Assembly: GCA_964354155.1 (NCBI GenBank)
Contig: CAYGYG010000013.1
Span: forward strand, 3,696-67,695
Direction: 5' to 3'
DNA: 64,000 bases
Origin: an uncultured bacterium
GTDB taxonomy: Bacteria; Hydrothermota; Tepidihabitantia; SM23-42; CAYGYG01
In this document: positions 37,117-44,105 of the stretch, one piece after another
Numbering within the stretch: the stretch's first letter is position 1
Layout: each line of letters starts with the position of its first letter
Notes under the pieces: generated by a model
Databases searched by the model: none
The model's input: the letters and a program-made list of their open reading frames with translations, nothing else
Told to the model about the DNA's origin: nothing
Program-made: the position numbers and the translations under genes

Positions 37117-37458
37117 ATGAAAATCATCAGTGCGCCAACCAACAAAAGTATCATTCTCGCCGAGTACAATCGTTTCTTCAAGACGATGATCAAGGCGGTT
37201 GTGGACATTGACAAGGAAGTGATGGCGCTCGATGCCGAACTGCACGCCGATCTGGAAGCTGTTCTCGTCGGCGAGGGAAGTCGGCAGGAAAACTTATGGG
37301 GCATAAACCTGTACCTGGGGAAACCGCGGGAAGAGTGGATCGAGTACACGGCGCTCGTCAACATCCGGCCCTCGATGGACAACCGGGGCATGGAAGTCGA
37401 GAACCCCGATATTCGCAAGCGGTTGCAGGAAGTCGTGGGCAAGCTGATCACGGAATGA
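37117..37458 (+). CDS. DUF5674-like protein
   Basis: KAVVDI....MA.DAELHADLE..L...GS.QENLWGINLY, NIRP...NR. Confidence 0.75.
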   Translation: MKIISAPTNKSIILAEYNRFFKTMIKAVVDIDKEVMALDAELHADLEAVLVGEGSRQENLWGINLYLGKPREEWIEYTALVNIRPSMDNRGMEVENPDIRKRLQEVVGKLITE

Positions 37459-37459
37459 T

Positions 37460-37810
37460 ATGTATCGGCTGAAATTCCACACGAACCTGGCTTCGCGTTG
37501 GTCTGAATTCCCGCCAAGCACGCAGCTGCTGATGGTGGCAAGCGAGCTGAGCCGTGCCAAGAACATGACGATCCGCCATGACCATGCCGAGGCAACGAAC
37601 GCCCTTGAACGTGCCTTTGAACTGCTCGACATGACCATAAGCCGGGCGCGGACCATTGGGATGCTGACCGAGCTTCACCGTTTCCGCGAAGTACTCGCCG
37701 ATCTCTACTCAGGCGGGGAGTATCAAGCCGAGAGGGTCCAGAAGTTGATTGAAGTGCTCGTGTCACTCGACAAAGACAGCTGCCGCGTCCTCGGCGCCGT
37801 AGCTTCCTAG
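37460..37810 (+). CDS. Hypothetical helical protein coupled to the DUF5674-like gene
   Basis: RW.......QL..V.SEL.RA, LERAFELLD.T, EL.R.RE.L. Confidence 0.7.
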   Translation: MYRLKFHTNLASRWSEFPPSTQLLMVASELSRAKNMTIRHDHAEATNALERAFELLDMTISRARTIGMLTELHRFREVLADLYSGGEYQAERVQKLIEVLVSLDKDSCRVLGAVAS

Positions 37811-38052
37811 CTCGATAGCTTAATCGCCTGATTGCTTAATTTGCCAGTAGCGCGGACGTGGCAATCCCATTCTCTGTGTGCATCCTTATTCTCTCTACTT
37901 ACCACTCTCTACTCGCTACTTATTACAGCATCCGACTGCATCCGCTCTCATCCGTTTGAATCGATGTCCCTCTGGGACAATCGCTCTCATCCCCCGAAAA
38001 TTGCGCTTGCCAATCTTGATGATATGCATATAGTTATAAATAGGAGAATTCG

Positions 38053-38250
38053 ATGACCAAAGTAAAAGAGATCAATCATTATACGCTTGAAGAACTAAGT
38101 GATCTTATCGAGCAGAAGATTCTTGAGATCCTTGGCGATCCGGATTGCGGGTTGGAGTTACGGGAGGATTTTAAGCGGGAGATACTCAGGAGAATCCGTC
38201 AGAAACATAGAAGGATTCCCCACGAAGAGGTTCTGAGAAAGTTTGGCTAA
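38053..38250 (+). CDS. Putative antitoxin
   Basis: 66 codons; overlaps the RelE gene; promoter TTGCCA-N16-TATAGT at 38007-38034; RBS AGGAG. Confidence 0.7.
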   Translation: MTKVKEINHYTLEELSDLIEQKILEILGDPDCGLELREDFKREILRRIRQKHRRIPHEEVLRKFG

Positions 38251-38509
38251 GATCGAGTGGGCTGACTCGGCGATTGCCGACCTTGCAAGGATTGACCGGC
38301 CAATTGCTCAACGCATAGTGAGAAAAGCTACCTGGTTAGGAAGCAACTTTGAAAACATTACCCCTGATCCGTTATCAAAGGACATGAAGGGTCTTTTCAA
38401 ACTCCGGGTCGGTGATTGGCGTATCATTTATACGCTGGAAGACGAGCGAATAACAATTCAATTCGTTGGTCATCGAAGTGACATCTACAAGCGTTTGCAG
38501 CGCTCCTAA
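38243..38509 (+). CDS. RelE/ParE family toxin
   Basis: IEW...A..DL..ID, L.....GLFKLRVGDWRIIY, VGHRSDIY. Confidence 0.9.
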   Translation: MAKIEWADSAIADLARIDRPIAQRIVRKATWLGSNFENITPDPLSKDMKGLFKLRVGDWRIIYTLEDERITIQFVGHRSDIYKRLQRS

Positions 38510-38743
38510 CGCTCAAAGTGATCTGAACGCTCCTATCACCGTAATCAGCCGTTTCATCACTGCGCCGTCGTGTGCGCCCTGAGTATTTCGAGGGGTAATC
38601 GATTCCGCTTCAGCGGAAACCAAACAAACCAAAACCAGATAAACCAGACAAACCAAAATGCCCATTTGACCCCAGGGGACCTTTGACCCCGTAGGTACAT
38701 CTTTCTATAATGAAGAAGAGCAGTAATTTAAGGAGGTGTTCAC

Positions 38744-38968
38744 ATGAAGCAAGTCAAGATTATCGTTGAAAAACATCCCGACGGCTATGTGGCTTATCCC
38801 CTAGGGCTTAAGGGGGTTGTAGTTGGACAAGGAGATACTTACGAAGAGGCTCTTTCAAATGTGAAGTCAGCCATCCGTTTTCATATTGAGACTTTTGGGA
38901 GGGAGGTCCTTGAGCTTGAGCCGCCGATCCTTGAGGCATTCGTTGCTGAGGCTGGAGTCGAAGTTTGA
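38744..38968 (+). CDS. hicB: HicB family antitoxin
   Basis: IIVEKH.DGYVAYP.GL.G..VGQGDTYEEAL.NVK.AI.FH. Confidence 0.85.
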   Translation: MKQVKIIVEKHPDGYVAYPLGLKGVVVGQGDTYEEALSNVKSAIRFHIETFGREVLELEPPILEAFVAEAGVEV

Positions 38969-39207
38969 TGAATAAGTTCCCTGTTGATGCCCCAAAGCCA
39001 AAGATAATCAAGGCATTGGAGGTTCTTGGTTTTCGCGTTGTGCGTGAAAAAGAGCATATTTCCATGGTGCGTGAGAATCCTGATGGAAGCAAGACTCCCT
39101 TGACCATGCCTAATCACCCATAGATAAAGGCCTCTACTCTAAGAACGATTTGCACTCAAGCGGGTATCTCAAGGAATGAATTCTTGGAAGCCTATAAGAA
39201 AGCATAG
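38968..39207 (+). pseudogene. hicA: HicA family toxin with in-frame TAG at 39121-39123
   Basis: MNKFPVDAPK..IIKALE.LGF..VREKEHISM...TMPNHP*IKASTLRTICTQAGISR.EFL. Absent from the supplied ORF track. Confidence 0.8.
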
Positions 39208-39382
39208 ATATGGCAACGGCCGATAACAGCGCGGTTGTACTTAGTTTCCCTCACATCCCGCGGCCTTGCCGCTCAAATGTAGAATGTAGAGCTGAAAGTC
39301 CCGTCCTCAGGGAATTTGACCCCAGGTTCTCCTTGACAGAAGGACAAAAAGTGAATAATATATCCTTCGTATAAGGACAAAA

Positions 39383-40669
39383 ATGGTTAGCGCTGAGACG
39401 ATAAAGGAAATCATTAGATCAAACGAAGATTTCATCCTAAGGGAAATAGGCGCGGTTGTCGCACGAGAGGGTCTGTGCCTGCCTTCGGGGACCCGCAAAG
39501 TAGGGGTGATCTACGGTGTTCGGCGCAGCGGCAAGACCTTCCTGCTCTACGATCTCTTCAAAAAGCATGCCACCGGTGCTCTCTATATCGATTTTGAGGA
39601 CGAAAGGATCAGGGACATACGTCTGGGGGATCTGGAAAGGATCAAAGACGCCTTCTTCGAGCTGAAGCCTCAGCTTTTGGGCAAAGATAAATGCCTATTC
39701 CTGTTTGATGAGATTCAAAATGTGCCCGGCTGGGAGAAATTCGCGCGGCGGATGGTTGAAAAGGAACGAATCGGTATATTCGTGGCTGGTTCGTCTTCAA
39801 AGATCACGCCCCGGCAACTCCACACGTCTCTGCGGGGCCGGGCATGGTCCATCGCTCTTTATCCGTTTTCTTTCCCGGAATTCTTGAGATTGAAAGGTAT
39901 TGATCCATCCCGACCGATCTATGGTAAAGGCCGCGTTCTTGTAAAAAGCTGGTTCATGCAGTACTTAAAGTGGGGCGGATTCCCCGAGATTGGCTTTTCG
40001 GAATCGGATTTCGAAAGGACCAAAATCCTCGGCGAATACCTAGATGCAATGTTTTTCAAGGATCTAGTTGAGCGATTCAACATCACCAATATCCATCTCC
40101 TTGAGGCCCTCAAGGAGAGTCTGTTTTCGTCTTTTTCGGGGAAATTCTCACTTGCCTCTTTCTACAAGCAATACAAAGGCAAGTTCCCGTTTTCCAAAGA
40201 CATGTTGTACTCCTATTATCGATACTTCACGGAGAGCATGTTGGTTTCCGAGGTCAGACTGTATTCCCCGTCGGCATACCGGCGAATGAGAAATCCACCT
40301 AAGGTCTACCTCGTGGATCCGGGCCTGGGGCGTAAGCTGGGGACACAGGACCTCGGTCGTCGGCTTGAAAATCTGGTCTTTATCGAATTGAAAAGGAAGG
40401 GATACGAACTTCACTATTTCGAAGAGCGGAATGAGTGTGACTTTGTGGTGAAAGAAGATGCTAATACAAGGCGGGCGATTCAAGTCTCCTGGGAATTGAA
40501 CCAAGACAACCGCGAACGAGAAATAAACGGTCTCTGTCAGTGCTGCCGTTCACTCGGCCTGAAACATGGTACAATCATAACGTCTGACCAGGAATCCGAG
40601 GAGCGAATTGACGGTATTGCTGTGAGGGCGATTCCCTTCTGGAAATGGGTAACACAAGCAAGTCCATAG
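39383..40669 (+). CDS. AAA_14 family ATP-binding protein with C-terminal DUF4143 (nuclease-like) domain
   Basis: GVRRSGKT Walker A, FDEIQ Walker B, GGFPE, K.Y.VDPG, EN.VF.EL, ECDF. Confidence 0.9.
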   Translation: MVSAETIKEIIRSNEDFILREIGAVVAREGLCLPSGTRKVGVIYGVRRSGKTFLLYDLFKKHATGALYIDFEDERIRDIRLGDLERIKDAFFELKPQLLGKDKCLFLFDEIQNVPGWEKFARRMVEKERIGIFVAGSSSKITPRQLHTSLRGRAWSIALYPFSFPEFLRLKGIDPSRPIYGKGRVLVKSWFMQYLKWGGFPEIGFSESDFERTKILGEYLDAMFFKDLVERFNITNIHLLEALKESLFSSFSGKFSLASFYKQYKGKFPFSKDMLYSYYRYFTESMLVSEVRLYSPSAYRRMRNPPKVYLVDPGLGRKLGTQDLGRRLENLVFIELKRKGYELHYFEERNECDFVVKEDANTRRAIQVSWELNQDNREREINGLCQCCRSLGLKHGTIITSDQESEERIDGIAVRAIPFWKWVTQASP

Positions 40670-40722
40670 TTGACGCTATTAATCCATCCCGCCTGTCACG
40701 TGTGATCACCTATTACATCGTG

Positions 40723-40800
40723 GTTAGACTGGAAGTCTAAACGGGGTAATCGATTCCGCTTCAGCGGAAACCAAATAAACTTGATAAACCAGATGAACCA
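40723..40800 (+). repeat. 5'-truncated 28-bp hairpin followed by TTCCGCTTCAGCGGAA and AAACCA tract
   Basis: gttagactggaagtctaaacggggtaatcgattccgcttcagcggaaacc; same order as at 42125-42205. Confidence 0.85.
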
Positions 40801-40821
40801 AGAGGACGTTCTAACGAAATC

Positions 40822-41235
40822 ATGAAACTCCAATCCTTCCAGGACCTTAAAGTGTGGCAGTTGTCTTCAGCATGTTCAAATGATATATCACAGTTGATCA
40901 AAACCTTCCCCCGTGCTGAACGTTTTGAACTCGCTGATGATCTTTTGCGTGCAGCGCGATCTGTACCAGCTAACATAAGCGAAGGATGGGGGAGATTGTT
41001 CCCAAAAGAGAAAATATCATTCTACAATATTTCTTACGGTTCAGCCGAAGAGTGCTCTAACCACTTAATCGAAGCGCTCAACAATGGCTATATAGATAAT
41101 GAAACTAACAGTAGATATCAAAAGAGAATACACGTTATTTCTGTCAAACTTACCAATCTCATTATTTCCACGCGCAAGCGTATCAATTCTTCAGTCCCGC
41201 AGGGACGTGTCTCCAGTCTGCAAAAGCAGCCGTGA
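40822..41235 (+). CDS. Four helix bundle protein
   Basis: SFQDLKVWQ, FP..E.F.L...L.RAARSVPANISEG.GR. Confidence 0.9.
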   Translation: MKLQSFQDLKVWQLSSACSNDISQLIKTFPRAERFELADDLLRAARSVPANISEGWGRLFPKEKISFYNISYGSAEECSNHLIEALNNGYIDNETNSRYQKRIHVISVKLTNLIISTRKRINSSVPQGRVSSLQKQP

Positions 41236-41320
41236 CTTCAGGAGTGAAACGACATGATTACAGTCCGAAGGACGTATTCTGTTCAGGCGTAGCCGTGACT
41301 CCAGGAGTGAAACGACGTGA
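41228..41320 (+). repeat. Two 30-bp direct repeats (28/30 identical, 63-nt period) interleaved with short tetraloop hairpins
   Basis: agccgtgacttcaggagtgaaacgacatga (41228-41257) and agccgtgactccaggagtgaaacgacgtga (41291-41320). Confidence 0.75.
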
Positions 41321-41429
41321 CCTCAGCTCGCAGAGCGTGTTATGTTCAAAGTAGAGATTTGACCCCAGGTGACGCGGCCTTGGCGCAAACGCCCATTGAC
41401 AGCAAGAAGAATCAAAGTATAATAAGTGT

Positions 41430-41648
41430 ATGACAAAACTGGCTCAGATTAAGAAGAGATACCGGAATGAGTGGCTGGCTTTCCGAGTAGCGAAGGAAAC
41501 ACCAGATGGGCATGTTTATGGTCGGCTGATTTCGCACCATCCTGATCGACGTAGACTTCATGAAATCCTGCGTAAAAAGATGATAAAAGGAGTATATATA
41601 TCTTATTCAGGTCCGTTGGTTAAATCGGGCTATACAGTGATGTTCTAA
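41430..41648 (+). CDS. Small hypothetical protein (DUF5678-like), probably leaderless
   Basis: KKRY.NEW.AF, L..HHPDR..L. ATG 6 nt after TATAAT of a perfect TTGACA-N16-TATAAT promoter (41396-41423). Confidence 0.65.
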   Translation: MTKLAQIKKRYRNEWLAFRVAKETPDGHVYGRLISHHPDRRRLHEILRKKMIKGVYISYSGPLVKSGYTVMF

Positions 41649-42025
41649 TGCAACTTCCGTTAAAAATACCTATCGTAGTGGCAAGAATAAGGGTCGATGG
41701 GCCGAAGGCTTTCCGAGAAATCGATATGATATTTGACACGGGCGCGGTTTATACAATGATTTCTTGGGATATCGCAAAGGATATCGGTTACGACCCAGCT
41801 GTTTCTGAGAAGAGAACATCGATCATAACCGCCAACGGAATAATAGAAGTGCCACTGATAAAAGTCAAAAGAATTACCATCAAGACTGCGGTTGCGGATG
41901 ATGTTGAAGTAATATGCCATGATATTCCGGAAGTGGTTGGAATCGAAGGGCTACTTGGTCTAAGTTTTATAAGGCATTTTCGCACCGTTATCGACTATCG
42001 AAAGAAACAATTGCTGATAAGTTAA
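41648..42025 (+). CDS. Retropepsin-like (clan AA) aspartic protease
   Basis: IFDTGA catalytic motif, GLLGL.F. TAATG coupling to the upstream gene. Confidence 0.85.
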   Translation: MQLPLKIPIVVARIRVDGPKAFREIDMIFDTGAVYTMISWDIAKDIGYDPAVSEKRTSIITANGIIEVPLIKVKRITIKTAVADDVEVICHDIPEVVGIEGLLGLSFIRHFRTVIDYRKKQLLIS

Positions 42026-42124
42026 TCCGTCTACATCCGCTCTGATCCGTATGAATCGCGTTCTATCTTATCACTGTAATCAGCCGTTTTATCACTGTCA
42101 TCGACGATGCTTCATCGGTGCCTG

Positions 42125-42152
42125 CCCCGTTAGACTGGAAGTCTAAACGGGG
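42125..42152 (+). repeat. 28-bp hairpin repeat, copy 5
   Basis: Identical to copy 1. Confidence 0.9.
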
Positions 42153-42255
42153 TAATCGATCCCGCTTCAGCGGAAACCAAACAAACCAAAACCAGATAAA
42201 CCAGACACTTGACTTTTCCTGGTCAATCGATAATATCGTTCATGGAGGTGAACAA

Positions 42256-42777
42256 ATGTTCGTACTCATGAACAATAAATCATCGCTGGGTCTTCTGGAG
42301 TTTCTTATTACCAGCGGTGGCGAACTTCACGTCCGGGAGATTTCACGAAAGACGGGACTCAGCCTGGGATTTGTGAGCCGTGTGCTCCGTCAATTACATA
42401 AGGATGGCCTGATTTGTGCCCAGAGGAGAGGCCGTATGTTGCTGTACCGTGTTGATCACGCCAACGCGGTTGTGAAGCAGATCAAGGTACTGGTAACCGT
42501 CGCCGGGCTCTATCCGTTGATTAAGAAGTCTCGGACACTAGCTCGGCGGGTCATACTATTCGGTAGTGCCGCCCGCGGCGAGAATATGCCGGACAGCGAT
42601 GTCGATCTTTTCATCATGACCAACGACCGATCGAGCGTCCGGTCGTTCGTAAGCATGTATCCGGGAGTTGTCCCGATAATAATGCGGAGCACCGAGTATG
42701 CCAACCTTAGAAAAACGGATTTTGCCCTATACGATCAAATCAGCCGCGGGATAATCTTATGGGAGAAAAGTGAATAG
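42256..42777 (+). CDS. HTH plus minimal nucleotidyltransferase (MNT)
   Basis: N-terminal wHTH; LFGSAARGE...DSDVDL. GGAGG RBS. Confidence 0.88.
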   Translation: MFVLMNNKSSLGLLEFLITSGGELHVREISRKTGLSLGFVSRVLRQLHKDGLICAQRRGRMLLYRVDHANAVVKQIKVLVTVAGLYPLIKKSRTLARRVILFGSAARGENMPDSDVDLFIMTNDRSSVRSFVSMYPGVVPIIMRSTEYANLRKTDFALYDQISRGIILWEKSE

Positions 42778-43198
42778 CGATTTTAAGAAGTGCCTGGAGG
42801 ATCGTAGATTAGTGGTATTCAAGACTTCGCCGGTGATGATTAAGAAGGAACTGAAGTCCGCCGAGTATGACTTGAAAAGAGCGCGAATTTCACTGAGAGA
42901 GAATGACGCTAAATGGGCAACCATTCAGGGCTATTATGCGATGTTTCATACAGGCCGTGCTTTAATCTACACGAAAGGATACCGTGAGAAGAGTCATCGT
43001 TGCCTGGCAATAGCCTTGAAGGAGTTGTTCGTTGATCAAGGCAAGTTACCGACCGAATACTTGAATCATTTGAAGGACGCCATGGACTTACGTGAAGATG
43101 CGGATTACGGTTTTATCTACGATGGAGAATCGGCAAAGAGCATAATAGACCGTGCCGACAAGTTCCTCGGTTACGCTAAAGGCCTGTTGAACGTATGA
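42770..43198 (+). CDS. HEPN domain protein (MNT-HEPN pair)
   Basis: A..DL..A, YYAMFH..RAL, SH, R..ADY. Confidence 0.88.
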   Translation: MNSDFKKCLEDRRLVVFKTSPVMIKKELKSAEYDLKRARISLRENDAKWATIQGYYAMFHTGRALIYTKGYREKSHRCLAIALKELFVDQGKLPTEYLNHLKDAMDLREDADYGFIYDGESAKSIIDRADKFLGYAKGLLNV

Positions 43199-43408
43199 TG
43201 AACGTGGCTGAGGGTTTTGCTCGTGAGACCGACAACGAATTCATCCGCAGCTTGGCTACCTGGCAGCCTGGCAACTGGGCAATCGGGCAATCGAGCAACG
43301 GGGCAAAGAGCAGGACATGGAATGCTGGAACGGTGCGTTGCACCGCAATGACGCTCTGACGCAATGACCCAATGACGTTTTTTCTTTTTCTGACCCAATG
43401 ACTCTTCC

Positions 43409-43810
43409 ATGAGAATCGCCCGTTTCCAGGACTTGCTCGTATGGAAGTTGTCGTCAGAGCTGGCCAAGGATGTCGCCACCAGGCTTGCTTCTTTGTTTCC
43501 GAAAAGTGAGCAGTATCGACTCGGTGATCAGATAATCCGGTCTTCTCGGTCCGTACCGGCTCAGATATCCGAAGGTTTCAGAAAATCCTCTTTGAAGGAG
43601 AAACACCACTATTACGAAATGGCAACGACATCTAACGATGAAACTGAGAATCATCTTGTTGAAGCATACAATAACAGATTCATTGACGCTGGAGTCCTAA
43701 GGCGGTATGTCAATCGGGTTGTTCGTGTGCGTATTCTTCTATCTCGCCTCATGGCGTCAATCCGTCATTTGGAAACCGTGCGGCGCACTAAGCCGGCTCG
43801 TAGAGCCTGA
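43409..43810 (+). CDS. Four helix bundle protein
   Basis: RFQDL.VW, FP.SE.Y.L.DQI.RSSRSVPA.ISEG. Confidence 0.88.
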   Translation: MRIARFQDLLVWKLSSELAKDVATRLASLFPKSEQYRLGDQIIRSSRSVPAQISEGFRKSSLKEKHHYYEMATTSNDETENHLVEAYNNRFIDAGVLRRYVNRVVRVRILLSRLMASIRHLETVRRTKPARRA

Positions 43811-43835
43811 ACCACGCGTTACAGCATGAGTTTTC

Positions 43836-44044
43836 CCGCTCATGAAATGAGCTTCTACCGCATCCCTGATGCCATCTGTTGCCGCGCGCAGCGCTAAACC
43901 CGTTCGGCGAAGCTGAACTACAACCGTCATCTTATGACCAATCCCGCATTCTTCTGCCATCTTTCCCGCCGTCTGTTGCCGCGCGTCAGCGCCACAACCG
44001 CTCATGAAATGAGCTTCTACCGCATCCCTGATGCCATCTGTTGC
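43836..44044 (+). repeat. 47-bp exact direct repeat (43836-43882 and 43998-44044) with small hairpins
   Basis: ccgctcatgaaatgagcttctaccgcatccctgatgccatctgttgc occurs twice. Confidence 0.85.
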
Positions 44045-44105
44045 TTCGCGACCATCTGTTTGGATTTGACCCCAGAGGGTCTTGACTCTTAACAAGGAGG
44101 GCTAT

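Noticed and set aside
39208-39275. Half attC-like sequence (GCCGATAACAGCGCGGTTG) after hicA
   Set aside because: No complementary right half and no second example in the array.
25187-42152. 28-bp hairpin as an integron attC site (contains GTTAGAC = GTTRRRY)
   Set aside because: Core order is reversed on both strands (GTT first, AAC last), it is much shorter than attC, and no IntI is present.
27652-43810. Four-helix-bundle genes as Avd of a diversity-generating retroelement
   Set aside because: No reverse transcriptase and no TR/VR pair with adenine-specific mismatches were seen in the window.
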